From an uncultured Bacteroidota bacterium (GTDB lineage: Bacteria; CLD3; SB21), in assembly GCA_964544475.1 (NCBI GenBank), contig CAZJBS010000006.1, positions 106,951 through 170,950 of the forward strand: a stretch of 64,000 nt of DNA, given 5' to 3'. The position numbers and the translations under genes were made by a program. Positions 37,508-47,178 of the stretch are shown one piece after another (position 1 is the first letter of the stretch; each line of letters begins with the position of its first letter). Below the pieces are notes generated by a model that worked only from the letters and a program-made list of their open reading frames with translations, was not told where the DNA came from and did not search any database.

Positions 37508-39571
37508 ATGGCGCAATCCAAGATATTCGCCGGAATCAAACGGGCCGCGACGATCGCAGCCGGGCCGGTCAGCCATGCGAACTTGAGAGTAGCCTTGGCA
37601 TTCCTGGCCCTGCTTCAGAGCCATTACCTTGCGGCACAGGATGAAAGACAGGCCATGAAGGAATTCCGGGATGCGGAGATGGGTTCGTGGTTTTCTTTGT
37701 CCAATCGGACACAAGCCTTTCCCCTTGACTCGTCCAATGACATCCTGTTTTACCATTTGGATGTGGACATCGCTCTTGGAAGTCCCTTTTTGCTTGGCCG
37801 TGTTCTCGTCAGGTTTCGTTCCATGCAGCCGGGACTGACTTACGTGAGGCTAAATTTACATCACGTTTTCGTAATCGACAGCCTGACCGGCTCGGTCGCC
37901 GGATTCACGGCGGCTAATGATTCACTGTTCATCCTTCTCGACCGGCCATATGCGCATGGTGAGCAGGCCGAAGTTGTCGTTCACTACCATGGTGTTCCCC
38001 CGCTAGCCAACGGAACCAAAGGCCTGCGATACACCACACACGCCGGCAGTCAGCCGGTTATCGCGTCCTTGTGCACGCCCTTTCTTTCCCATTACTGGTG
38101 GCCCTGCAAGGACGGTCCGGGTGACAAACCGGACTCCGTTTATGTCGACATCTCGATTCCCGACACGATCATTGGCGGACGTCCACTTGTCGCCGTTTCC
38201 AACGGAATCCTGGCCGGTATGGAAAATCCTCCCGGCAAAAAGAAATACCTGTGGCGTGAACGGTATCCGATCGTCCCCTATTACGTGATGGTCGCCATCT
38301 CCAACTACGATCACTTTCAACAAATCATCAACGAAGATTCCATCTCATTTCCCATAGACTATTATGTCTTTGCGGAGCACCGCACGAGCGCCGAACAAGG
38401 GGTCGCAAGTCTGCCGGAAGCTCTGACACTGTTTTCGTCCCTGTTTGGCCCGTACCCGTTCCATTTGGAGAAATATGGGATGACGCAACTTGGCTATTAT
38501 GGCGCCATTGAAAATCAAACCAATACGATCACGAATAACATGTCCCTGTCCTGGTTTTATGTCTCGGTCCATGAACTTGCCCATATGTGGTTCGGAGACA
38601 TGATCACCTGTGCCGACTGGCATCACGCCTGGCTCAACGAGGGCTTCGCTTCTTACTGTGAAGCGTTGTGGGACGAACACCTCTACGGCGCCACCGGATA
38701 TCACCATTACATGTCTTATTTTCGTTCGTTTCCAACCGGCACGCTGTATCTCCAGAACATCAGCGATCCCTTTGCCATATTTCTGCCAATCATCTATGAC
38801 AAAGGCGCCTATACGCTGCATATGCTCCGAAATGTCATGGGAGACTCACTTTTCTTTCAAGCCTTGCGAACGTATGCCGCAGACTCGCCCTATCGGTACA
38901 ACCACGCTTCCACCGAGGACTTCCAGGCGGTCTGTGAATCCGTATCGGGACTCGATTTGGATTATTTTTTCATGGAATGGGTGTATGGTGAAAATCATCC
39001 GATTTATGGATACAGTTGGAATGCCGTCCCGCAAGGTAATAATTATGAACTCACCGTGCGGATCAAACAGACACCCAACACGGCCTTCCCTGGTTTCTTC
39101 ACGATGCCTGTCGATTTGTCTGTTTCCACAGCCGCCGGGGACACGACGTTGCGCGTCTTCAATGACCAGTTGGATCAAGTTTTCAATTTCACGCTTGGTT
39201 TCCAGCCCCTCAATGTCACGTTGGATCCCGAGCAGTGGATATTGCGGCAAACGTATGTCCTCGATGTCGGGACTGAAGATCATTCGCCTCCCGCAAAAAT
39301 TCGGCTAAGCTCCAACTATCCCAATCCTTTCAATGCGTCAACGATGCTTCGCTATGATCTGCCGACCGAAACACACGCGACCATCGTGATTTACAACAGT
39401 CTGGGACAGGCTGTCCGGACCGTTTTCAATGGTCGACAGAAGGCGGGACCATTCCAGGCATCGTGGGATGGCCGCGATGACAGCGGCAACAGCCTTGCAT
39501 CCGGTTTGTATGTGTGCCGTCTCCGCGCCGGCGCCAAAAGCGAGTCTGTAAAAATGTTGATGCTCAAGTAG
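37508..39571 (+). CDS. M1-family zinc aminopeptidase with T9SS (Por) C-terminal sorting domain
   Basis: HELAHMWFGD ... WLNEGFASY (HEXXH + E gluzincin motif). C-terminus NYPNPFNASTMLRYDLP...LYVCRLRAGAKSESVKMLMLK is a type-A T9SS CTD. Signal peptide present. Confidence 0.88.
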   Translation: MAQSKIFAGIKRAATIAAGPVSHANLRVALAFLALLQSHYLAAQDERQAMKEFRDAEMGSWFSLSNRTQAFPLDSSNDILFYHLDVDIALGSPFLLGRVLVRFRSMQPGLTYVRLNLHHVFVIDSLTGSVAGFTAANDSLFILLDRPYAHGEQAEVVVHYHGVPPLANGTKGLRYTTHAGSQPVIASLCTPFLSHYWWPCKDGPGDKPDSVYVDISIPDTIIGGRPLVAVSNGILAGMENPPGKKKYLWRERYPIVPYYVMVAISNYDHFQQIINEDSISFPIDYYVFAEHRTSAEQGVASLPEALTLFSSLFGPYPFHLEKYGMTQLGYYGAIENQTNTITNNMSLSWFYVSVHELAHMWFGDMITCADWHHAWLNEGFASYCEALWDEHLYGATGYHHYMSYFRSFPTGTLYLQNISDPFAIFLPIIYDKGAYTLHMLRNVMGDSLFFQALRTYAADSPYRYNHASTEDFQAVCESVSGLDLDYFFMEWVYGENHPIYGYSWNAVPQGNNYELTVRIKQTPNTAFPGFFTMPVDLSVSTAAGDTTLRVFNDQLDQVFNFTLGFQPLNVTLDPEQWILRQTYVLDVGTEDHSPPAKIRLSSNYPNPFNASTMLRYDLPTETHATIVIYNSLGQAVRTVFNGRQKAGPFQASWDGRDDSGNSLASGLYVCRLRAGAKSESVKMLMLK

Positions 39572-39596
39572 TACTTCATGAAATTCATGGCTCTTG

Positions 39597-39614
39597 AATA
39601 TCCGAAATATCCGA
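39597..39614 (+). repeat. Perfect tandem direct repeat AATATCCGA x2 upstream of the hybrid two-component regulator
   Basis: Read directly: gAATATCCGAAATATCCGAatgg, about 100 nt upstream of the regulator ATG. A candidate operator; compare the repeat at 43861-43878. Confidence 0.5.
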
Positions 39615-39717
39615 ATGGCGTCCACGTGATCCTGCCTGAAGATGGCGAAAACGCACGCGCCGCTGCTACGCTGGCGGGCGATACCAACTCGCCGCTCAAT
39701 CCATCCGGTCTGGCGGA

Positions 39718-42700
39718 ATGAAATCCTTCGCTGGATTCCCTCTTCCTTTCTGGCTTCCAACCGTCATAGCCATGTTCCTGCTCTGCGCACGTCTGGCGGC
39801 ACAGGACGTTCCATGGCCTGCGGCCGGGCACCCGCTCATTCGTACGTATGCCCCCGCCGAGTACGGGGCTTTTGCACAAAACTGGTCCATCACGCAGGAT
39901 CAGCGAGGTATCATGTATTTCGCCAATACCGGAGGCATTCTAGAATACGATGGCGTGATGTGGCGACTCATTCCGGTGCCCAACGAAGTCGTGCGTTCTC
40001 TTGCGGTGGACAGTGCAGGCCATGTTTTCGCAGGCGGCGTCGGTGAGCTCGGGTATTTGGGAAGGGATGCGACCGGTCAGTCGGTTTTCACTTCGCTCCT
40101 GGATAGAATTCCGGCAGACGCAAGGCAGTTTGCCGACGTGTGGACATTGTGGGTGATCGGCCATCGGGCGTACTTTCAGACGTTGCCGTATGTTTTCGTA
40201 TTTGAATGGCCGGCGGACTCCGCCGAACCTCGGTTTGCGGCGAAATGGAGCGCCCGCACGGCGTTCACACCGGCTTTTTCCACGGGCGGAATTCTGTATT
40301 TTCCACAGCAGGACCTCGGGCTTTTCCGTCTGTCAGGAGACTCACTTTCGGCCGTGCCTGCCGGAGATGCTTTTGCCCACATGAGCATGTACTTCATGCT
40401 CCCGATCACAAAGGACAGTCTGCTGGTTGGTACGCGCGAGGGAATCTTTGTTTACGGCCCGGCATCGATCATTCCGTTGGCGGGGGCAGCGGATGAATTC
40501 CTGCGCCGTCATCGCCCCACGCTGGCCGGCGCCCGGCTGGACAACGGGGTGTATGCACTTGGCACCCAGGCAGGCGGAGTGTTGTTCATGGACCGCTCAG
40601 GACGACCTCATGGCGTTCTCAACAAGCGGAACGGGCTGCGGAGTGAAACGATATGGTTCATGTTCCCGGATCGGGAGGGCAATCTCTGGTTGGCCATGGA
40701 CGACGGGATTGCCAGCATCCGTACGCCGTCGCGTGTGTCCATTTTGGACGAACGATCCGGCCTGGAGGGCGGCGTGGTCTCGCTGTACCGCGACGGTCGT
40801 ACACTCTATATCAGTACACGTACGGGCGTTTACTTCGCATCGTCGTTTGAGCGTGAACCCGCTTTTTCACGGGTGGCGGGCATTATGTCGCCGTCATGGG
40901 CGTTTCTTCGGGCCGGCGACGCTCTCCTGACGGCCACGACCGATGGCGTCTATGACGTCCGGCCGGACCGCGCGCGCCTGATTCCAACGGGTTGGCGCTT
41001 TGCCTACACGCTGTACCGTTCACGCCGCGACGACAATATCGTGTACGTCGGACTTCACAACGGGCTTGCCATACTGCGGTTCAACGGTCGCGCGTGGGTG
41101 GATGGCGGCGTGGTGGAGGGTGTGACCGACATGGTGAGGTCCATCGCCGAAGATGACGAAGGCAGCTTGTGGCTTGGGACTTTCTTCAAGGGTATTCTCC
41201 GTGTGGCTCCGGCCCCGGAGACAAATGCTGTCGCGAAGGTCACCGTCCGTCATTTTGGCGCCGAATCCGGACTGGCCAACGAACAGGTCGTACTCTTCCC
41301 CCATGGCGGCAAGATTTTCTTTGGCACAATCCACGGATTGAAGCGATATGACGAAATCGCCGATTTTTTCAAGGCGGACACTTCGTTCGGTTCCAAATAT
41401 GCGGGCGCCCATTATCGCATCAAGGAGATCGCCGGCTGCGATGACGGCAGTATCTGGATTCTGGGCGGCGAACGCGGTCAGGCCGAAATCGACCTTCTGA
41501 CGCCGGTTTCCGGCGGATTTTCTGCCACACCCGTACGTGAGCTCAATGCGCAGTTGATCCAGCGGCTCGAGTTTACGAGCTACGTGATGTTTCCTGACGA
41601 CGTTGCAAAAGCGTTGTGGTTGTTCAATGGAGAGAGGCTCATACGACTGGATACCCGGACATGGCCGGCCGGCGACACGATGCCGGCCTTTGCAACGATG
41701 ATCCGCCGCGTAACCATCCAGGGCGACTCTACGGTGTTCAACGGTGGGCTGCAGAATCAGTCTCTGGTTCTGCCGTACGACTTGAATTCCATACGGATTG
41801 AATTTGCCGCTGCCTCGTTTGCCGATGAGGCCGCCAACCGGTATCAGATCATGCTCGAGGATTTCGATCAGGAATGGACGGCATGGTCTTCAGAGACCGG
41901 CAAGGAATATAGTCATCTCGCACCCGCCACCTACCGATTTCATGTGCGGTCGAAGAACATCCTTGGTAAGGAAGGCACGGAAGCCGTGTTTGCTTTCACC
42001 ATCCTGCCCCCGTGGTACCGTACACCCTGGGCGTATCTCCTATTTGCATTGTTCATGGGCTTCATGATCTGGGAGACGGGACGCGTGAGGACACGCGTAT
42101 TGCGAAAGAAGACGGAGGAACTGGAAGGCATTGTCCTGGAGCGAACGGCCCAAGTAATGGAACAGAAGAACACATTGGAGGAACAGGCCAAAAAGCTGGT
42201 TGAAATGGACCGGCTCAAATCACGCTTTTTCACGAATGTCTCCCATGAATTCCGGACGCCGCTCACCCTCATTCTTGGCCAGATTGAGGCGGCAACGACG
42301 GAAGCTGCCGAAGAGCGACGCGCATCCCGGCTCAGCATGGCGGCCCGTAACGCACGGCGCCTGCAACGCCTCATCAATCGCCTTCTCGATCTCGCCCGTC
42401 TCGAATCCGGAAGAATGACGCTCCAGGCCTCGTCGGGTAACTTCGTGGAATTTCTTAAACAGCGTTTCCTGGCCTTTGAGTCGCTCGCCGAACAAAAGCA
42501 CATCACCCTGAAGTTTCACAGCCCACGGGAGCAGTTGAATGTGTATTTCGACCGTGAAAAACTGGAAGACGTGATCGACAATCTTGTGTCGAACGCCCTC
42601 AAGTGGACCGGAGAAGGAGGCCAGGTCCGACTCGACATTCGCCCGTCCATCGATACCGATTCAGTGGAATTCATCATCTCCGACACGGGCATCGGCATTG

Positions 42701-43782
42701 CACCGGATCGCCTGCCGTTCATTTTCGACCGGTTCTACCGCGCCGATGAGAGTCACGAACAGGAAGGCAGCGGCATCGGTCTTGCCCTGGCGAAGGAAAT
42801 GATAGAACTTCATCGCGGACGGATTGACGTCGCGAGCACAGAAGGAAAGGGTACATCGTTTACGATCACCCTGCCGATCGGACGTTCGCATCTCACGTCG
42901 GATGAAATCCTCATTGCCGGAGATATCGAGCCGGACTCATTTCGCAACAAGATCGAAGCCGGCGGGTTGGACCAGGCGGAAGCGGGAGATGAGCGTCCGA
43001 ACGAAGGTGAAACTTCTCTGCCGACGGTGCTCGTGGTTGAGGACAATGCCGATATGCGGATGTTCATTGGCGATTGCCTGCGCGATAGCTGCCTCATTCT
43101 CGAAGCCGCGCACGGTGAGGAAGGTCTTGCGGTGGCCATCGAACGCATGCCGGACCTCATCATTACCGACGTGATGATGCCTCGGATGGACGGCACCGAG
43201 CTCTGCCGACGTCTCAAGTCGGATGCACGCACATCTCACATTCCCGTCGTCATGCTTACGGCCAAAGCGGCTCTTGAGAACCGCCTGGAGGGCCTGGAAA
43301 CCGGCGCCGATGACTATGTGGTCAAACCCTTCAACCAAAAGGAACTCCGTGTCCGGGCGGTCAATCTCATTCATCAGCGCGCACTCCTTCGGCAGAGATT
43401 CCGCGAAGTGACCGCGATCGATCCGGCGCAAGTCAGTGCAAAACCCATGGATCAGGCATTTCTTGAAAACGTGTTATCTTCCATTCGCCGACATATCGAC
43501 GACGAATCGTACGACGTCCCAACTCTTGGAAACGACATCGGCATGAGCGTCTCTCAACTTAACCGCAAACTCAACGCCCTGGTGGACCAATCGGCCGGAC
43601 AGTTGATCCGCGCCACACGTCTGGAATGCGCGGCGACACTTCTGCGCCAGAATGCCGCGACGATTGCCGAAATCGCTTACCGGGTCGGCTTCAGCGACCA
43701 CGCGTCCTTTACCAGGAGCTTCAAGGCGCGTTTCGGCTGCTCCCCGACCGAGTTCGTCTCCCGATTTTCAACATCGGAATAG
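39718..43782 (+). CDS. Hybrid two-component system sensor histidine kinase / response regulator with periplasmic beta-propeller and Y_Y_Y domains and AraC-type HTH output
   Basis: 1354 aa. Signal peptide; repeated two-component-regulator propeller motifs; Y_Y_Y (YRFHVRSKN); TM; HisKA (SHEFRTPL); HATPase (GSGIGLALAKEMIELHRGRI); REC (LVVEDNADMR...IITDVMMP); AraC HTH at the C-terminus. Confidence 0.92.
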   Translation: MKSFAGFPLPFWLPTVIAMFLLCARLAAQDVPWPAAGHPLIRTYAPAEYGAFAQNWSITQDQRGIMYFANTGGILEYDGVMWRLIPVPNEVVRSLAVDSAGHVFAGGVGELGYLGRDATGQSVFTSLLDRIPADARQFADVWTLWVIGHRAYFQTLPYVFVFEWPADSAEPRFAAKWSARTAFTPAFSTGGILYFPQQDLGLFRLSGDSLSAVPAGDAFAHMSMYFMLPITKDSLLVGTREGIFVYGPASIIPLAGAADEFLRRHRPTLAGARLDNGVYALGTQAGGVLFMDRSGRPHGVLNKRNGLRSETIWFMFPDREGNLWLAMDDGIASIRTPSRVSILDERSGLEGGVVSLYRDGRTLYISTRTGVYFASSFEREPAFSRVAGIMSPSWAFLRAGDALLTATTDGVYDVRPDRARLIPTGWRFAYTLYRSRRDDNIVYVGLHNGLAILRFNGRAWVDGGVVEGVTDMVRSIAEDDEGSLWLGTFFKGILRVAPAPETNAVAKVTVRHFGAESGLANEQVVLFPHGGKIFFGTIHGLKRYDEIADFFKADTSFGSKYAGAHYRIKEIAGCDDGSIWILGGERGQAEIDLLTPVSGGFSATPVRELNAQLIQRLEFTSYVMFPDDVAKALWLFNGERLIRLDTRTWPAGDTMPAFATMIRRVTIQGDSTVFNGGLQNQSLVLPYDLNSIRIEFAAASFADEAANRYQIMLEDFDQEWTAWSSETGKEYSHLAPATYRFHVRSKNILGKEGTEAVFAFTILPPWYRTPWAYLLFALFMGFMIWETGRVRTRVLRKKTEELEGIVLERTAQVMEQKNTLEEQAKKLVEMDRLKSRFFTNVSHEFRTPLTLILGQIEAATTEAAEERRASRLSMAARNARRLQRLINRLLDLARLESGRMTLQASSGNFVEFLKQRFLAFESLAEQKHITLKFHSPREQLNVYFDREKLEDVIDNLVSNALKWTGEGGQVRLDIRPSIDTDSVEFIISDTGIGIAPDRLPFIFDRFYRADESHEQEGSGIGLALAKEMIELHRGRIDVASTEGKGTSFTITLPIGRSHLTSDEILIAGDIEPDSFRNKIEAGGLDQAEAGDERPNEGETSLPTVLVVEDNADMRMFIGDCLRDSCLILEAAHGEEGLAVAIERMPDLIITDVMMPRMDGTELCRRLKSDARTSHIPVVMLTAKAALENRLEGLETGADDYVVKPFNQKELRVRAVNLIHQRALLRQRFREVTAIDPAQVSAKPMDQAFLENVLSSIRRHIDDESYDVPTLGNDIGMSVSQLNRKLNALVDQSAGQLIRATRLECAATLLRQNAATIAEIAYRVGFSDHASFTRSFKARFGCSPTEFVSRFSTSE

Positions 43783-43860
43783 GCCTCCCCACCCCCAAAA
43801 AGCGTCATGCGCAAAAATACCAAGAGAATGCGCAGTCTGGCCAACGCATTCCCCTGTCTT

Positions 43861-43878
43861 CTTTCCGATCTTTCCGAT
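43861..43878 (+). repeat. Perfect tandem direct repeat CTTTCCGAT x2 upstream of the T9SS cargo gene
   Basis: Read directly: tgtcttCTTTCCGATCTTTCCGATattgtctg, about 60 nt upstream of the ATG. Followed by a perfect 7-bp hairpin GTCCCGA-acccgtg-TCGGGAC (43889-43909) and an AAGGAG RBS. Confidence 0.5.
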
Positions 43879-43938
43879 ATTGTCTGATGTCCCGAACCCG
43901 TGTCGGGACCAGCTATCATTGAATGTAAGGAGTCCGAC

Positions 43939-46911
43939 ATGAAACGTCTGCTTAATTTTGTTTGGATCTTCATGAGCCTGCACACCGTAGGTGCGCAGGA
44001 ATTCACGGTCATCGGCACCGGAGCCACCAACGCTCTGTCCGCCAACGGCAAGGTGGTTGTCGGCTTTGACCTGATGACCGGAACAACCTACTATTGGACT
44101 GCCGGAACAGGACAGGTGTATGTTCCCGGCTTGGAAGGCGCTTTCCTCGATGTCAACAATGATACCACGGCCGTCGGATACTTCCGCGATCCCGAAACGT
44201 TGTATGCCGACAGCTTGCCGACTTTGACAGCCGGATATTGGCGCCGGGGTGAATGGACTTCCATCGGCGGACTTCCCGGTATCGAACCCCTCGATGAAAA
44301 CTCGTTTACCTGGGCCTACGGGATTTCCAGAGATGGTACGACGATTGTGGGAAGCTGCTGGGTGCCTGGCTGGAAAACGGAGGCCTTTACGTGGAATGCA
44401 TCGGGCGGGATGACCGGGCTCGGTCGCCAGGGTGGCGGATCCAGCCGCGTGAACAAATCCTCGTACGATGGATCTGTGATGGTCGGCTGGGATGGCGATG
44501 CGGTGATTGACCGTCGGCCGTTCCTGTGGAATCCTGAGCCAACCTTTCTGGGCAGTCTCGACCCTGCGTGGAGCGGCGGCGAAGCGTATGATATCAGTTC
44601 CGACGGGCACTATGTCACGGGTATTTCGGCGGGCATCGCTTTTTTGTGGACGGCCGAAGACAGCATGCAGGCCATCGCCAGTTTCGAGGACTTCCCATGG
44701 GGTTCGTGGGGTTTTGCCGTCTCGAATACCGGCATCGTCGTCGGTCAGGTGGACATGGGTTCCTTCGACTACCAGGCCATGATTCGCCTGCCGGGCCAGA
44801 ATGCGATGCTATTGAAAGATTATCTCGTCGCACGAGGTGTGGAAGGCCTCGACAACTGGCTTTTTGTCCAGGCCAATGGGATCTCCGACGACGGTACCAT
44901 GGTGTGCGGTTGGGGTGTGGATTTTGATGATCCATTCTCCTATAAGTCCTTCGTTGTGAAACTCGGCGACGCCCTCGATCCCAATGCTCCGTCACAATTC
45001 GCGGCGTACAGTCATGCCGGAACGCCTACTTCGATAACACTCACGTGGGAGGATCCCTCAACCTATTTTAACGGCGATTCCCTGGCGGCTTTCACGATTG
45101 AGATAACCAGGGATGGCACTCCCATCGCATCCGTCCCGGCTGGCATCGAAACGTTGACGGACATAGGCCTGACCACCGGTGAAGTGTATTCCTACGAAGC
45201 CTGGACAAGGGATCTTCATGACAGCGCCAGTTTTCACACGATGGCATCGTGGATGGCCGGCGGATGGGTGCCCGTCATGGCCGTCGATCCAGGTTTGCTC
45301 GAAGAAACAATCTACATTGGCACGACGGGAAACGGACAGTTTACGATTTACAATAACCAGACTGGCCCGGGCATTCTCGATTACTCGATCACCGAATCGC
45401 CGGCGGTGGACTGGATGTCCGCGTCCTTCACGTCCGGGACCGTCGCCTTCAACAGCGACACGACAGTGGTCATCGATTATTCCGCCGCGGGTCTGGCCGC
45501 CGGCTCCTACATGGCCGATCTCATTATTTCAGGCAACGACCCCCACAATGCCGCCGATACGGTACACGTGGTGCTGACGGTCGCCGAGCCCCCGCTTATC
45601 ACTCTTGAGCCTGATTCCATCCATATCACGGTCGTGGCCGGAGGCAGCGATACGTCCGGCATGATCATTCATAATGTCGGTTTGGGAGAAATGCAATTCA
45701 CCGTGACGGATGCGGACCTGGATTCATCCGGAATCCTGACGGCCCCTCACCACACACCTAAGCTGCGAAAGGGTCAAAAGGAACCGATGTCGTTGAAACC
45801 TCTTCTGGGCAGGGGCGGACCGGATGCCGGGGGTTACAGATGGATAGACAGCGATGAACCCGGTGGTCCGGCCTATGAATTCACAGACATTTCCGGAACT
45901 GGCGCCGTCGCCGTACTGCAGTCGGTCTGGGGGTTTCCGGCCAAGGACGAGGGCCTGGCTCTCGTCAATCTTCCGTTCGATGTGCATTTCTACGGAAGCG
46001 CCTACACTCAGTTGCAGATAAGTTCCAACGGTTTCATCACGTTCGATCCCGCATTTAGTGACTTCACGTGGGGAAACCAGTATCTGCCGGATCCTGCCAC
46101 ACCCAATTCAATCATAGCGCCGTTCTGGGATGATCTGGACGGAACGGCGGCAGGAGAGATCTTTTATGAGCATGTCGGCGACCGCTTCATCATCCAATGG
46201 CACAACTGGGACTATTGGGGCGGCAATGATCCCACGATGATTTTTCAAATGGTGTTGTTTCAGAATACATCGAAGATTCTCTTTGCCTATCAGCATGTTG
46301 CCGACAACAGTGGCTCCACCGTCGGGATCGAAAATGGGGACGGGTTTATCGGTCTTGCGGTGGCCTATGCCCAGCCTTACGTGCATGATCAATTACTGGT
46401 CAAAATCAACAACGAGTCCGAATGGTTGAGCCAGACGCCGTCCTCCGGCACGATTGCACCAGGCGGTCAGGCACCCGTGCTTCTGACGGCCAATTCGGCC
46501 GGAATGAACGCCGGCGAATATTATGCGAATGTGATTGTCCGCAGCAATGATCCCTTTACTCCCGACACGACACTGTTTGTGCACCTGACCGTGACCGGGA
46601 CGACTTCCATCGATCGGAACCCCATGCTGCCGTTGCGGTTTGATTTAGGTCAGAACTTTCCTAATCCATTCAACCCGACGACCACGATCAAATATCAGCT
46701 GCCGGTGACCGGCACGGTGCGCCTCGTCGTGTACAATGCGCTCGGACAGCAGGTTCGCACACTGGTGAACGGGCGCGTTGCGGCTGGCTATCACGACGTC
46801 ACCTGGAACGGCCGCAACGATAAAGGCGATCCGGTCGGAAGCGGCATCTACATCTATCGTTTTGAATCCGGCAGTTTCCGGCAGGTGCGCAAGATGCTTT
46901 TGATTAAGTAG
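43939..46911 (+). CDS. Large secreted multi-domain protein with T9SS C-terminal sorting domain (N-terminal HAF-type repeats, FN3-like, choice-of-anchor-D-like Ig domains, NIDO-like domain)
   Basis: Start at MKRLLNFVWIFMSLHTVGAQE (signal peptide). Six ~40-aa repeats with ...DG..IVG......AFLW (HAF-repeat-like). Region ISSNGFITF...IIAPFWDDLDG...IFYE resembles nidogen-like NIDO domains. C-terminus LGQNFPNPFNPTTTIKYQLP...IYRFESGSFRQVRKMLLIK is a T9SS CTD. Confidence 0.8.
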   Translation: MKRLLNFVWIFMSLHTVGAQEFTVIGTGATNALSANGKVVVGFDLMTGTTYYWTAGTGQVYVPGLEGAFLDVNNDTTAVGYFRDPETLYADSLPTLTAGYWRRGEWTSIGGLPGIEPLDENSFTWAYGISRDGTTIVGSCWVPGWKTEAFTWNASGGMTGLGRQGGGSSRVNKSSYDGSVMVGWDGDAVIDRRPFLWNPEPTFLGSLDPAWSGGEAYDISSDGHYVTGISAGIAFLWTAEDSMQAIASFEDFPWGSWGFAVSNTGIVVGQVDMGSFDYQAMIRLPGQNAMLLKDYLVARGVEGLDNWLFVQANGISDDGTMVCGWGVDFDDPFSYKSFVVKLGDALDPNAPSQFAAYSHAGTPTSITLTWEDPSTYFNGDSLAAFTIEITRDGTPIASVPAGIETLTDIGLTTGEVYSYEAWTRDLHDSASFHTMASWMAGGWVPVMAVDPGLLEETIYIGTTGNGQFTIYNNQTGPGILDYSITESPAVDWMSASFTSGTVAFNSDTTVVIDYSAAGLAAGSYMADLIISGNDPHNAADTVHVVLTVAEPPLITLEPDSIHITVVAGGSDTSGMIIHNVGLGEMQFTVTDADLDSSGILTAPHHTPKLRKGQKEPMSLKPLLGRGGPDAGGYRWIDSDEPGGPAYEFTDISGTGAVAVLQSVWGFPAKDEGLALVNLPFDVHFYGSAYTQLQISSNGFITFDPAFSDFTWGNQYLPDPATPNSIIAPFWDDLDGTAAGEIFYEHVGDRFIIQWHNWDYWGGNDPTMIFQMVLFQNTSKILFAYQHVADNSGSTVGIENGDGFIGLAVAYAQPYVHDQLLVKINNESEWLSQTPSSGTIAPGGQAPVLLTANSAGMNAGEYYANVIVRSNDPFTPDTTLFVHLTVTGTTSIDRNPMLPLRFDLGQNFPNPFNPTTTIKYQLPVTGTVRLVVYNALGQQVRTLVNGRVAAGYHDVTWNGRNDKGDPVGSGIYIYRFESGSFRQVRKMLLIK

Positions 46912-46965
46912 TCTCTGCTTTGACGGCAACCTGCACAGCGGGAACAGGCCGTCTCAGATTGAATA

Positions 46966-47004
46966 GAAAAAGGGGCTGTCCATATAGGATAGCCCCTTTT
47001 TTTC
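46966..47004 (+). terminator. Rho-independent terminator (A-tract - hairpin - T-tract; possibly bidirectional)
   Basis: AAAAAGGGGCTGTCC-atat-AGGATAGCCCC followed by TTTTTTTC. Confidence 0.7.
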
Positions 47005-47099
47005 TTTGGCGGTTGCGCAGCGAGTGAAAGACGTTCCCACCATCTACACAACCCATTTCATCAGACTCCCATCCGCACCCTCAACGACGCCCAAGTCTA

Positions 47100-47128
47100 T
47101 TGATTATGGACCCTTGCGTGGCTATATT
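47100..47128 (+). promoter_or_regulatory. Candidate sigma70 promoter for the acyl-CoA dehydrogenase / pgpH / ybeY / nadC / rpiB operon
   Basis: TTGATT - 17 nt - TATATT, about 50 nt upstream of the TTG start at 47179. Confidence 0.45.
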
Positions 47129-47178
47129 GCGTTGGCAGTTCACAAAATACCGATCATCGAGCAAAACAGGAACTCCTA

